Source: Candidatus Paracaedibacteraceae bacterium (lineage in GTDB: Bacteria; Pseudomonadota; Alphaproteobacteria; Paracaedibacterales; CAIULA01). Taken from it: DNA of 56,642 bases. Made by a program: the position numbers and the translations under genes. The notes under the pieces were generated by a model. The model saw nothing but the letters and a program-made list of their open reading frames with translations. It was not told where the DNA came from and did no database searches. The stretch spans positions 1 to 56,642 of the forward strand of contig DAHVSZ010000001.1 in NCBI GenBank assembly GCA_027328625.1, in the 5' to 3' direction. Positions 20,507-30,633 of the stretch are shown piece after piece (within the stretch, counting starts at the first letter, position 1; each line of letters begins with the position of its first letter).

Positions 20507-21414
20507 GATGCGCTCCTTACAGACTTTGCTGGTATAAGCTGAACTGCCCTGAGTTTGGCGGAACGACTTCGCGGGTTATTTTTAACCTCTTCAATGCTTG
20601 GGCAAATGGGTTTTGAAAAAAGGGCTTTTAAGGCATAGCTCGAGTGTTGCAACTCTTGGTGGTCGCTTCGAATCCAATTCTTTATCAGTCTATCTTCCAA
20701 CGCATGAAAGGTGACCGTTACCACTTTGCCTCCTACAGATAAGTGAGCTAATGTTTTTTTTAATACCGTATCTATTTCTATTAACTCATTATTTACGAAA
20801 ATACGCAAGGCCTGAAACGTTAATGTAGCTGGGTCGAGACCATCATGACGCTTAACAAATTTGCGAACCAACTCCGCGAGCTCAAGTGTAGTCTCGAATG
20901 GCTTGGTTTTTCGTTGTTCTACAATGGCTCGTGCGATAATTCGAGATTTTTTCTCTTCTCCGTAGAACCAGATAATTTCAGCCAATTCTTCAGCTGAATA
21001 TATGTTAACAATGTCAGCTGCTGTTAATCCAATATCTTTAGACATTCTCATGTCTAAAGGACCGTTTAGTCGAAAAGAAAATCCTCTGTTAGCTTCGTCT
21101 AATTGAAAAGAAGAGACACCAAAATCGAAAACAATACCATTATAGAGTGTATCTTTTGGTAATAGAGTATCTATGTCGCTGAAAGGGCCTTGGATGAATT
21201 GAAATCTATCTTTATATTTTTGTTTGAATAATTGAGCGCGTTTTTCAGCATCTGGATCACGATCAATGGCAATGACCTTGCAGTTGGCTGCATTTAAAAT
21301 GGCTTCTGTATAACCGCCACCGCCAAACGTTGCATCAATGTAAGTATAATCATCTTGTGGAGATAAGGCTTGAAGCACCTCTTGCAATAAAACTGGAATG
21401 TGAGTATTGGTCAC
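20503..21414 (-). CDS. rsmH: 16S rRNA (cytosine1402-N4)-methyltransferase
   Basis: HIPVLLQEVL, DATFGGGGY, DFGVSSFQLD and RSRSAKLRA motifs. Confidence 0.93.
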   Translation of the reverse strand: MTNTHIPVLLQEVLQALSPQDDYTYIDATFGGGGYTEAILNAANCKVIAIDRDPDAEKRAQLFKQKYKDRFQFIQGPFSDIDTLLPKDTLYNGIVFDFGVSSFQLDEANRGFSFRLNGPLDMRMSKDIGLTAADIVNIYSAEELAEIIWFYGEEKKSRIIARAIVEQRKTKPFETTLELAELVRKFVKRHDGLDPATLTFQALRIFVNNELIEIDTVLKKTLAHLSVGGKVVTVTFHALEDRLIKNWIRSDHQELQHSSYALKALFSKPICPSIEEVKNNPRSRSAKLRAVQLIPAKSVRSAS

Positions 21415-21888
21415 GGGCTTTAGCCAACAATAAAGAGCATGTTAAAATTAAAGTAATGCTGTTGCTATTATTATTTTTTATTATCCGCAACAGCAGCTTG
21501 TCAATAGCAGTTTTCTTAAAAATTGTCAATAAAGTATAATAATTCAATAAAATGTAAAATTTTATTAATTGTTTTTCTTTTTTTTGTTTCAATGGGCTCA
21601 CTAAAAGGAAAAATATATCCATAATTCTTCTTGAAAATTTTCTTTAATACTAATTTTGGAATTAAAAATTGACTGTTAACGCCATATAGGAAAGTAAGGT
21701 CTTTCTCTAAAATTAGAAGGCAGTTTTTCCTTAATCAGGCATCTTCATTTTTCTTGGTATTATAGAGAAACGCTTGCAAATAGAAATAAAAGCTCCTTTT
21801 CACTTCAAATAAGTATCCTATTTTCCCTAAACTTTGCTATATAACATACAAGTAACTTTCCCTGGATCTAAAGGGAGTTTTCAAAACT

Positions 21889-23292
21889 ATGACAAAAGTA
21901 TCTGTAGAACCTAAGCCCATTCCTTTAGAGGAAAAAAAAGCTTTAGGTATTGTTTTAACTGGCAATTTTTTAGAATATTTTGACTTAATGCTTTTTAGTC
22001 ATTTGGCTTTTGTCGTAGCACCTTATTTCATGCCAAAAACAGACCCACTTGTTGCAAAACTTTTAGCTATTTTGACTTTTTCCTCATCGTTTGTAATTCG
22101 ACCTTTTGCCGCTCTTTTCTGGGGATATATTGGCGATAACTTTGGTCGCGTTGTTGTCTTATCTTATACAACACTAATTATGGCGGTCACTTGTTTTCTA
22201 ATTCCCAACATTCCTCCTTATGCTGAAATAGGTATCTATTCAACAATTCTCATTATTGGTTGCAGAGTGTTGCAGGGATTTAGCTCAGCCGGTGAAGCAA
22301 AAGGCGCTGAAATTTTTGTAGCTGAAATTGTTCCTCATTTTCCTAAAATCTTTTTAGCATCTGCACTTGTTCCTATCACTTGTGATTTAGGAGGATTATT
22401 TGCTACGCTTCTTGGAAGTTTATGTCTCTCTTTTTCTGAAGAAGGGTGGAAGGTTTGCTTTTATATTGGTGCTGCAATTGCTTTTTGCTCATCAATTTCC
22501 CGTAAGAAACTTAGAGAAACAAAGGATTTTTTAAATTACTGTCGTGATAAAAAGAAATCTAAACCAACAGCAGTTCAACGCTTCTTTGAACGCCGCAATT
22601 TTCTCGCTCTTGTTGGACTTAACCTGATCTGTCCTACAGCTTTTTACTTTGCTTATAGTTTTGGTTCAGACTTATTAAAAGATACAGTTGGCCTTTCAGC
22701 AAATCTTATTTTATTTAATAATTCTGCCTTATTAATGATTGAAATTGTCTTTTTATTTGCTTGTGCACGTCTTGCTTATAAATATGATCCTTTTGATATT
22801 CTAAAGGTCAGAACTTATCTATCCTTTATTCTGATGCCATTAATGTTTGTCGTGTTATCTATGCAAACCAGTCACTTAACTGTTTTTCTAACGCAGTTGA
22901 TTGTTCTTTTATCAACAGCCAGCTTTGATCCAGCCACACCAGTTGTTATTCGTTCTTTTGGTATTCAAACAAGATTCTCTAGATATTCAAAAGCCTGGGC
23001 TTTTGCCAAAGCTTTAATGTACCTTTCAACCGGGTATCTGACGTTCTATTTCCATAGATGGTTTGGAATGTGGGGCATACTTGCTCTTTTGATGTTTTTC
23101 TCAACTATATTTTGCATATCTCTTTATGCGTTTGTTCCTTATTCGAAAATGTCTGAAACCTATGCCCGATTAAAAGGTGCAAAAGGTCACAAATGGTCTA
23201 TAAAAGAACAAGATTTAACAACAGATTATAGAATGGCTAAGCAAGAGCTTAGTTATTTACCATCACAATTAAAGAAATGGGTGGAGAAATAA
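21889..23292 (+). CDS. MFS transporter, ProP-like (osmolyte/metabolite:H+ symporter family)
   Basis: About 12 predicted TM segments, and N-terminus GNFLEYFDLMLFSHLA typical of the ProP-like MFS paralogs common in intracellular alphaproteobacteria. Confidence 0.7.
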   Translation: MTKVSVEPKPIPLEEKKALGIVLTGNFLEYFDLMLFSHLAFVVAPYFMPKTDPLVAKLLAILTFSSSFVIRPFAALFWGYIGDNFGRVVVLSYTTLIMAVTCFLIPNIPPYAEIGIYSTILIIGCRVLQGFSSAGEAKGAEIFVAEIVPHFPKIFLASALVPITCDLGGLFATLLGSLCLSFSEEGWKVCFYIGAAIAFCSSISRKKLRETKDFLNYCRDKKKSKPTAVQRFFERRNFLALVGLNLICPTAFYFAYSFGSDLLKDTVGLSANLILFNNSALLMIEIVFLFACARLAYKYDPFDILKVRTYLSFILMPLMFVVLSMQTSHLTVFLTQLIVLLSTASFDPATPVVIRSFGIQTRFSRYSKAWAFAKALMYLSTGYLTFYFHRWFGMWGILALLMFFSTIFCISLYAFVPYSKMSETYARLKGAKGHKWSIKEQDLTTDYRMAKQELSYLPSQLKKWVEK

Positions 23293-23339
23293 ACTATATT
23301 TGTTAAAATCCTACAACTATTACATAACCCGCAAGTATC

Positions 23340-24173
23340 TTAATTTCTATTTTTTAATTCCAATGCCCTTTGATAAACTTTCTTTTTTGGCAACCCCAAA
23401 GTCATTGCTACCATTTCACTGGCATCTTTTAATGACATTTCTGATAGCGCCTTTTTCAATAGCTCATCAATTTTCTCATCAGATGTCTCTAAGATCGTTG
23501 GCGGACATAGAACAATAACAATTTCTCCTTTTGGGGGGTGATTATTATAATACTGAATGACTTCTTGGAATGATCCTGTCTTCGTTTCTTCAAACATCTT
23601 GGTAATTTCGCGTACAACAGAAACAGAGCGGTTAAGAAAAATCTTAGACATTGCTTCTAATGTTTTAACTAAGCGTGGAGAAGATTCAAAGAAAATTAAG
23701 GTATTGTTTATCAATTGTAATTGCTCAAATTGACTAAAATCAGCAAAACCACAAAAAGTGAATCGATCACTTGGCATTGCTGATAATACCAATCCTGCTA
23801 AAACTGCTGATGCACCCGGGATAATGGTTACATAAAGATTGTGTTCTCGGCAAGATCTTACCAATTTATATCCTGGATCTGAAATCAATGGCATTCCAGC
23901 ATCAGTTATGAAGGCTATTTTTTCTTGGCTTTCAAGTTTTTGAATAATTCTTGGTCGTACATGTTCTGCATTGTGGTCGTGATAAACGAGCATTGGTTTC
24001 TCAATCCCATAAGCATTTAAAAGCTTGCGGCTAACACGACTATCTTCACAAATAATTGTGTCGCATTCTTTTAAGACTTTAAGTGCTCTTAAAGTGATAT
24101 CCTCCAAATTTCCAATTGGCGTTGCCACAATATATAAACCAGATTTTAAAATCATATTTCCTTTACTAACCAT
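23340..24173 (-). CDS. rsmI: 16S rRNA (cytidine1402-2'-O)-methyltransferase
   Basis: LYIVATPIGNLEDITLRALKVLKECDTIICEDSR (tetrapyrrole-methylase fold, RsmI family). Confidence 0.9.
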   Translation of the reverse strand: MVSKGNMILKSGLYIVATPIGNLEDITLRALKVLKECDTIICEDSRVSRKLLNAYGIEKPMLVYHDHNAEHVRPRIIQKLESQEKIAFITDAGMPLISDPGYKLVRSCREHNLYVTIIPGASAVLAGLVLSAMPSDRFTFCGFADFSQFEQLQLINNTLIFFESSPRLVKTLEAMSKIFLNRSVSVVREITKMFEETKTGSFQEVIQYYNNHPPKGEIVIVLCPPTILETSDEKIDELLKKALSEMSLKDASEMVAMTLGLPKKKVYQRALELKNRN

Positions 24174-24230
24174 TTTTTAATAGATTCTACCATATTGTTT
24201 TTATTAAAGATCTATTGAGAAAAATATTTT

Positions 24231-25790
24231 ATGTTGCCATCTTCTTCACATCTATCCTTAAAAGATGTCTTGATACAACAAGAATTACTAACTTCTGATC
24301 AGTTGAATGTAGCCTTAGAAGAACAGCGCCGTCATCCAAAAATGTTGGAGGAAGTTCTATTAGATCTAAAATTCATTAGCCCTTCAGCTTTACAAAATGC
24401 TTTGTCATTAGTCACAGGGTTACCAGTTGTTGATTTGAAAAATATTATACTAGATTCAAAAATTTTTAATCTTCTTTCTTTAGATGTGTGGCGCGAATGC
24501 CAAGCTGTTGCCTTTGGCTGGCGTGAAAATGTGTTATGTATTGCTATGGTTGATCCTGAAAATATTTTATTGATTGATCGTTTAAGACAGCATTTGTATG
24601 AAACTCATAAGATTACTCAAATCCAACTTTATCATGCAGACTCACAAGCGATTGAATCTTATATCAATCAAGGTGACGAGTTTTGTCCGTCTTATTTTTC
24701 AATTGAGAAAGCTGATGACTCAATAGTTAAATTGGTTGATTCGATTCTAACTCATGCTGTTAATATAGGTGCTTCAGATATTCATTTCCAACCCGAAGAG
24801 CAAGTTGTTCGTATTCGTTATCGCTTAGATGGAATTTTAAGGACTTTGCAAACTTTACACAAAACTATGTGGCCAACTTTAAGTGTCAGATTAAAAGTCA
24901 TGGGGGGAATGGATATTTCAGAAGCCAGACGCCCACAAAACGGGCGTTTTACAAGACAGATTGCAGGTCATGAAGTTGATTTTAGAATCTCTTCTCATCC
25001 GACTATTCATGGGGAGAATATTGTTACTCGGCTTTTAGATAAGGATAAATCACTTTTAAGTTTAGAAGATTTGGGGTTTGTGTCTGATCAAATCGAATAT
25101 TTAAAAAAAGTTTCAGAATTTCCGCAAGGTATGATTATTGTCAGCGGCCCTACGGGATCTGGAAAGACAACAACGCTTTATGCCTTATTTTCTCAAATGA
25201 ATAGTGAAATTCGAAACATCATGACCTTAGAAGAACCTGTTGAATACCAGTTGCAAGGTATAAGACAAACGGAAATAAAAGAAGGTGGGGTTGTGAGTTT
25301 TTCAGATGGAGTCAGATCAATTCTTCGTCAAGATCCAGACGTCATTTTTATTGGCGAAATTAGAGATGAAGCAACTGCAAAAATGGCACTTAGATCAGCA
25401 ATGACGGGTCATTTGGTCATAGCGACACTTCATACAAGTGATAGTTTTGGCGTACCGTCTAGATTAATTGATTTAGGATTGCATCCCAATCTTTTGGCAG
25501 GACATATTATTTGCTCAGTATCGCAGCGTTTGATTAGAAAAATTTGTTTTGAATGTCAGGGGAGCGGTTGCTTGAAATGTGATCAGTCAGGATTAAAAGG
25601 GCGCATTGTCTTATCGGAGATTTTATCTTTTAACGAAGACATAGATGAAATTGTGGCAAAGGGTGGGAATAGAACTGAATTAAAGCAATACGCACGCCAA
25701 CATGGTTATAAAACTATTAATGATGATGCTGAATTAAAATTGTTGTCTGGTGTTATTAGCCAGGCTGAGATAAAAAGAGTATTAGGTTAG
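24231..25790 (+). CDS. GspE/PilB-family secretion ATPase (type II secretion / type IV pilus assembly)
   Basis: T2SSE N-terminal domain, Walker A GPTGSGKTTT, Asp/His boxes, and a tetracysteine cluster CFECQGSGCLKC. Confidence 0.85.
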   Translation: MLPSSSHLSLKDVLIQQELLTSDQLNVALEEQRRHPKMLEEVLLDLKFISPSALQNALSLVTGLPVVDLKNIILDSKIFNLLSLDVWRECQAVAFGWRENVLCIAMVDPENILLIDRLRQHLYETHKITQIQLYHADSQAIESYINQGDEFCPSYFSIEKADDSIVKLVDSILTHAVNIGASDIHFQPEEQVVRIRYRLDGILRTLQTLHKTMWPTLSVRLKVMGGMDISEARRPQNGRFTRQIAGHEVDFRISSHPTIHGENIVTRLLDKDKSLLSLEDLGFVSDQIEYLKKVSEFPQGMIIVSGPTGSGKTTTLYALFSQMNSEIRNIMTLEEPVEYQLQGIRQTEIKEGGVVSFSDGVRSILRQDPDVIFIGEIRDEATAKMALRSAMTGHLVIATLHTSDSFGVPSRLIDLGLHPNLLAGHIICSVSQRLIRKICFECQGSGCLKCDQSGLKGRIVLSEILSFNEDIDEIVAKGGNRTELKQYARQHGYKTINDDAELKLLSGVISQAEIKRVLG

Positions 25791-25809
25791 CTTGTAATCA
25801 CTTCCTATT

Positions 25810-26322
25810 ATGCATTTTGTTTCTTACCCTTCTCCTAATTTTAATGATCGTCCGGTGGAAACTGTTATCGATACAGTTGTTCTTCATTATACAGATATGG
25901 AAACAGCTCAAGCTTCTCTTGATATCTTATGTGATCCCAAGGCAGAGGTTAGTTCACATTACTTAATTGATATTGATGGAACTATTTATCAGCTTGTTTT
26001 AGATGAGAAGCGTGCTTGGCATGCTGGCGTTAGTCATTGGAAGGGAAGGGATAACGTGAATAACTTTTCTATCGGCATTGAGCTACAAAATCCAGGATAT
26101 CACAGTTATTTTGTGAAGTATGGTTGTTGGGATTCTTATCCTTTGTCTTTGATGGAATCGTTGGTGGAGTTGTTAAAAAGCTTGACTTACAAATATCCTA
26201 TTAATCCCTTAGATATAGTTGGTCATTGTGATATTGCTCCTGACCGGAAAATTGACCCAGGTCCTCATTTTGATTGGCAGTGGTTGGCAACAAGAGGGTT
26301 TGGGAAAGAATTTAAGAAATAA
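25810..26322 (+). CDS. ampD: N-acetylmuramoyl-L-alanine amidase, AmpD-like (amidase_2)
   Basis: VVLHYTDM, SSHYLIDIDGTIYQLV, RAWHAGVSHWKG and NNFSIGIELQN motifs. Confidence 0.8.
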   Translation: MHFVSYPSPNFNDRPVETVIDTVVLHYTDMETAQASLDILCDPKAEVSSHYLIDIDGTIYQLVLDEKRAWHAGVSHWKGRDNVNNFSIGIELQNPGYHSYFVKYGCWDSYPLSLMESLVELLKSLTYKYPINPLDIVGHCDIAPDRKIDPGPHFDWQWLATRGFGKEFKK

Positions 26323-26484
26323 AGTGATGTAACTTGGATCAAAATATGGCTCTTTCCTTAATAGTTAACTTAGAAGTAAATAAAACGTTAAAAAATTCCC
26401 TAAAATAAAAAAATATATTATTAGGTATTTTAAAAAAATTTTGTTAGCATTTTAGCAAGGACAATAGTAAATGGTAGTAAAATC

Positions 26485-27264
26485 ATGCGCGTATTATTAA
26501 TTGAAGATGACTCTGCGACCGCAAAAAGCCTAGAATCAACATTAAAATCTGAAGGTTTTGTTTGCGATACAACGGATCTTGGCGAAGATGGTCTTGAAAT
26601 TGGTAAATTGTATGAATATGACCTTATTATATTAGATTTGATGTTGCCAGATATCGATGGTTTTGAAGTTCTGCGTCGTTTAAGGGCTGCTCAAATTAAG
26701 ACACCTATTTTAGTTTTATCGGGTCTTGGTGAAACAGATGATAAAGTTAAGGGTCTGGGCTTTGGTGCTGATGATTACTTAACAAAGCCTTTCAGCAAGG
26801 TTGAGCTTTTAGCACGTGCTCATGCCATTGTTCGTCGTTCACGTGGCCATTCTGATTCTCATATTAAAACAGGTCGTCTTTCAGTTAATCTGCAAAAACG
26901 TATGGCTAGCGTGGATGGAGAAACTCTCAATCTTACCGGTAAAGAATACGCTATATTAGAGCTTCTTTCCTTGCGTAAAGGAACAACGCTTACAAAAGAA
27001 ATGTTTTTAAATCATCTTTATGGTGGTATGGATGAGCCAGAATTAAAAATTATTGATGTATTCATTTGCAAGCTTCGTCGTAAAATTGCAGAGGCTTTAG
27101 GTGTAGATAATTATATTGAAACGGTTTGGGGGCGTGGTTATGTTTTGCGTGATCCTGATGAAGAGAACCAAGAAACTACAGCAAATGGTGGACAAACACA
27201 GTTTCCAGTTTTATCTGAAACTTTAAGCAATGGACAAGATAGTATTAGTATTACTCGTTTGTAA
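26485..27264 (+). CDS. ctrA: Cell-cycle response regulator CtrA (OmpR family)
   Basis: MRVLLIEDD...[21 protein letters not shown]...[10 protein letters not shown]...[51 protein letters not shown]. An additional tail of about 25 aa follows. Confidence 0.9.
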   Translation: MRVLLIEDDSATAKSLESTLKSEGFVCDTTDLGEDGLEIGKLYEYDLIILDLMLPDIDGFEVLRRLRAAQIKTPILVLSGLGETDDKVKGLGFGADDYLTKPFSKVELLARAHAIVRRSRGHSDSHIKTGRLSVNLQKRMASVDGETLNLTGKEYAILELLSLRKGTTLTKEMFLNHLYGGMDEPELKIIDVFICKLRRKIAEALGVDNYIETVWGRGYVLRDPDEENQETTANGGQTQFPVLSETLSNGQDSISITRL

Positions 27265-27296
27265 AAATATCAAAATATATAGTAGTCCGTCTCGTT

Positions 27297-27486
27297 ATCT
27301 TCGCACTTGTTGTACTATAGTGTACGAACGTTTTTAAACACTCCCTTCTAGTCTTCCTCCGGTTTAACCGGAGGATCCATTTTTGAACACGTGAAATGTA
27401 TAGACCCTATGGTCAAGCCATAGGGAAACTCGGGTACGTTAAGTTCTTGCACAACGCTCAAACACAAGTACAACAAGTGCGAGGAT
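27297..27486. mobile_element. MITE-like composite palindromic element (outer inverted repeat enclosing one S hairpin and one P hairpin)
   Basis: Outer arms are atcttcgcacttgttgtac (27297-27315) and gtacaacaagtgcgaggat (27468-27486). The S hairpin tcctccgg-tttaa-ccggagga lies at 27355-27375. The P hairpin ccctatgg-tcaag-ccataggg lies at 27405-27425. Confidence 0.7.
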
Positions 27487-27611
27487 CTAATAAAATACAT
27501 GGATACTCAGAACAAGTCCAAATATGACAATTGAGAGTTTGGAAGCTTATTGTGTCCGTAAGAAGAAAACTGCTAAGTTGGATCAAACATTAAAATTAGG
27601 AATGATTCAAA

Positions 27612-28214
27612 ATGACACATGTTTTACCTTCTTTACCTTATGCAATGAATGAGCTTGAGCCATACATTTCAGCAAATACTCTTTCTTTTCATCATGGAAA
27701 GCATCACCAAACTTATGTAACTAATTTAAATAATTTAATCCAAGGAACCGATTTGGCAGCGTTGTCTTTGGAAGATGTTATCGTAAAATCTGCTAAAAAT
27801 CCTGATCAAATGGGAATTTTTAATAATGCAGCGCAAGTTTGGAATCACACGTTTTTTTGGAATTGTATGAAGCCTCAAGGTGGTGGTAAACCAAGCGGTA
27901 AATTGCTTGAAATGATTAATCAATCTTTTGGTAGTTTTGAAGAATTTTTTAATGGATTTAAACAAGCGGCTTTAACTCAGTTTGGCAGTGGTTGGGCTTG
28001 GCTTGTTGTTGATCAGGGAAAATTGAAGATCACCAAAACAGGGAATGCGGATCTGCCAATGGTGCATGGTATGACAGCTCTTTTAACTTGTGACGTTTGG
28101 GAACATGCATATTACTTGGATTACCAAAATCGTCGTGCTGATTTTGTTGAAGCTTTTTTGAATTATTTGGTTAATTGGTCTTTTGTCGAAGAAAATTTGG
28201 CTAAGGCTGCTTGA
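27612..28214 (+). CDS. sodB: Fe/Mn superoxide dismutase (Fe-type)
   Basis: LPSLPYAMNELEPYIS, HHGKHHQTYV and DVWEHAYYLDYQNRR motifs. Confidence 0.93.
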   Translation: MTHVLPSLPYAMNELEPYISANTLSFHHGKHHQTYVTNLNNLIQGTDLAALSLEDVIVKSAKNPDQMGIFNNAAQVWNHTFFWNCMKPQGGGKPSGKLLEMINQSFGSFEEFFNGFKQAALTQFGSGWAWLVVDQGKLKITKTGNADLPMVHGMTALLTCDVWEHAYYLDYQNRRADFVEAFLNYLVNWSFVEENLAKAA

Positions 28215-28228
28215 GTTGAGTTTATGAG

Positions 28229-28924
28229 ATGGCAGAAGCATTAATTCTTGCCATCTCAACTTTTTTGGGTGCTTCTCTTGCAAGCTTTTTATTCTCACTA
28301 GTTCATTATCCCATAAGATCTTTATTCAGACGATCATACTGTGATTTGTGCCATTCAGTTTTAAAGTGGTATCAGCTTATTCCTATTGTTTCATCTCTCA
28401 TTTTTAGACACCAGTGTCGATGTGGGCATCGTCCATCGTTTAAATATGGTTTTGGGGAGTTGATACTTGGATTGATATTTTTGATTAATGTTTGTGTCTT
28501 TGGGGTAAGCTATCCTGGTTTTTTGGTTAATTTTTTGTGCTTAATTGGTTTTTACACAAGCGTGGTTGATTTGAAAACGAAAAAGGTGCCTCTTAATAGT
28601 CTTATTTTGATAGGCGTTATGGGCTGCGCTTGGGTTTATCATTATCAGCGGCTACCTTGGTCAGTATTGGGGGTAATCTCTGTTATTGTATTTATATTTT
28701 TTATTGAAAAATGGTTTATAAAAAGGGAAAAAGCAATTGGCGAAGGTGATATCTTACTTTTATTGGCAGCAGGTATTTGGTTGCCGTGGGAGTCTCTGCC
28801 TGAATTTCTGTTTTTAACGGGATTATTGGGAGTTCTCACTTCTTTTATGTATAAGAGAAGAAGCGGATTCCCTTTTGCACCAGCAATCATTATAAGTTTG
28901 TGGTTGACGCTTTTGCTATCCTAA
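28229..28924 (+). CDS. Prepilin peptidase (A24 family, PilD-like)
   Basis: N-terminal Cys cluster CDLCHSV...CRCGH, polytopic membrane protein, and Asp-containing motifs VVDLKTKKVP and GEGDILLL. Confidence 0.75.
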   Translation: MAEALILAISTFLGASLASFLFSLVHYPIRSLFRRSYCDLCHSVLKWYQLIPIVSSLIFRHQCRCGHRPSFKYGFGELILGLIFLINVCVFGVSYPGFLVNFLCLIGFYTSVVDLKTKKVPLNSLILIGVMGCAWVYHYQRLPWSVLGVISVIVFIFFIEKWFIKREKAIGEGDILLLLAAGIWLPWESLPEFLFLTGLLGVLTSFMYKRRSGFPFAPAIIISLWLTLLLS

Positions 28925-28973
28925 CAAATCTCATATTTAAGTACAGAATAGACTTCTTTCAAAACTTCACTTT

Positions 28974-29031
28974 GTCATCCTCGGACTTGTTCCGAGGATT
29001 TATGGATTTTTGTGTCGAGCACGAGAATGAC
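28974..29031. repeat. 58-bp palindromic element (G-type hairpin atcctcgga-cttgt-tccgaggat plus a distal arm ending cgagaatgac)
   Basis: Read directly downstream of the prepilin peptidase gene. Its paralog lies inside a CDS at 2810-2867. Confidence 0.75.
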
Positions 29032-29041
29032 AATGAGCGAT

Positions 29042-29078
29042 AAAAAAAGCAGCCCATTTCTGAGCTGCTTTTAATTTT
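29042..29078. terminator. Probable bidirectional rho-independent terminator
   Basis: aaaaaaagcagc-ccatttctga-gctgcttttaatttt: a GC stem flanked by an A run and a T run, lying between the convergent prepilin peptidase and tlc genes. Confidence 0.6.
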
Positions 29079-29094
29079 GATCAACTAAAAAGCT

Positions 29095-30633
29095 TTAAGC
29101 AGCTTTTTCTGATTTCTTTTGGCTGTCAACAAGATCTGTAAAACGCTTACCAAGGTTTGTTACAGCAAGGATCCAGATGAGACAGATAACAATCACAATT
29201 GGTCCTAAGATATAGGCTAAGCTTGCCAAGGAAACGCTTCCGCCGATAACAGCTAGCATGGTTGATTGGATAAACGCACCGCCGGATTTTCCTGCACGAC
29301 CACCAATAACTTCAACAGCTGCCTGACCTTTTACTTTTGCTTCAGGATCAAGTGGGATATAAGCCATTTGTTTTGTTGAGTCAAACAATGAGTATTTCGT
29401 TCCTTTGGAAAGAACGTTTTGTATTTGTCCAACAATCACAGCAACCATAACAACGGTTGTACCCAATATTGGTGTAAGTGGATCATGGGTTGCGCCTTGC
29501 CAAACGACTAGGTAGAAAATCGCTGACGTTACAAGAACCATAATTGGGGTGATAATTGCTGCTTTTAACCAGCTTAGACGACGTAAAATGTTGTTACCAA
29601 CAACCATTAACATAATGGTTACAACACCTGTCCAAGTGGAGAATTGTCCCATAAATGCGTTATAGTCATTCATATCTGGGAATGCGATTTTAATTTGGCC
29701 TTTCCAAACACCTTCAACCAAGTTAATAGCAATACCGTAAGCAAGTACGATAACAGCTATCAAACCAAGATATGGGTTACTAAGAATGTACTTAAAGCTT
29801 TCACCAACAGAGAGTTTTGCTTTTTTCTTTTTACCAGAGCCTTCACCAGGTTGATAAAGCTTTGGGTCTGTTAGAACATTTGTATTCATCCAACGATAAG
29901 TGATTGCAATAATAAGCCCTGCTACAACAACTGCACCCATCAAGAATTTCAAGTTTACACCGAAAGAGTCAACACCTTGCGGTAGAGATTTTGCATAACT
30001 AGCGCACATAATAATTGTTGGGCCAGAAAGAACCAAACCAATGTTACCAACCATACCAAATAAGCCATAAAAGCGCTTTGCTTCTGTTACTTTTGTGATT
30101 TCATTAGCAAACTGCCAGAAGAGCATTGAAAGAACCACGCTTCCCCATAATTCAGAGAGAATATAGAACAAGCTAAAGCTCCAGTTACCAATAACAGGAA
30201 CAAACCAGTGTGCATTTGGCCATGCTGCTTGATAAGCTTGAATGGTTTCCATGCTCATGTGTAACGCTTCTTTGTTGGGATAAATAACAAATGCAAATGC
30301 AGCAAAAAAGATCAAGAATGGCATCAAAATCGTATAAAATAATTTCTCACGTTCTAATATATTCGCAAGTTTAACGAATACAATCATAAACAAAATTGCT
30401 GCTGGAGTAACACCATAGAGCTTCAAAAAGCCTAAGCATTCAGCACCACCTGCAGGGGCATTGACCATAAGGGTGTCTTTTGTATCGCGTAAAATAGTGT
30501 AATTAAATAAGATGCAAAGCATCATGATGCCCATTGGCAAAAACTTTTTGAGCTCGTAGTTATGTACTGGCCAAAAAATGCCACGCAGGCCTGTAAATTC
30601 TTCTTTTGGTTTATCAGGGTTTTGACTACTCAT
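29095..30633 (-). CDS. tlc: ATP/ADP translocase (nucleotide transporter, NTT/Tlc family)
   Basis: 12-TM protein with the family-typical N-terminus LRGIFWPVHNYELKKFLPMGIMMLCILFNYTILRDTKDTLMV. Confidence 0.93.
   Translation of the reverse strand: MSSQNPDKPKEEFTGLRGIFWPVHNYELKKFLPMGIMMLCILFNYTILRDTKDTLMVNAPAGGAECLGFLKLYGVTPAAILFMIVFVKLANILEREKLFYTILMPFLIFFAAFAFVIYPNKEALHMSMETIQAYQAAWPNAHWFVPVIGNWSFSLFYILSELWGSVVLSMLFWQFANEITKVTEAKRFYGLFGMVGNIGLVLSGPTIIMCASYAKSLPQGVDSFGVNLKFLMGAVVVAGLIIAITYRWMNTNVLTDPKLYQPGEGSGKKKKAKLSVGESFKYILSNPYLGLIAVIVLAYGIAINLVEGVWKGQIKIAFPDMNDYNAFMGQFSTWTGVVTIMLMVVGNNILRRLSWLKAAIITPIMVLVTSAIFYLVVWQGATHDPLTPILGTTVVMVAVIVGQIQNVLSKGTKYSLFDSTKQMAYIPLDPEAKVKGQAAVEVIGGRAGKSGGAFIQSTMLAVIGGSVSLASLAYILGPIVIVICLIWILAVTNLGKRFTDLVDSQKKSEKAA

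Noticed and set aside
21350-21622. 90-aa minus-strand ORF upstream of rsmH as a candidate mraZ
   Set aside because: It overlaps the rsmH 5' end, is AT-rich and low-complexity (K/L/I/N), and lacks the duplicated SpoVT-AbrB (DxxxR) pattern of MraZ.
26323-26484. CtrA boxes (TTAA-N7-TTAA) upstream of ctrA
   Set aside because: Only half-site-like matches are present (for example ttaatagttaactta and gttaacttagaagtaa), with no perfect TTAA-N7-TTAA. In sequence this AT-rich, such partial matches are expected by chance.
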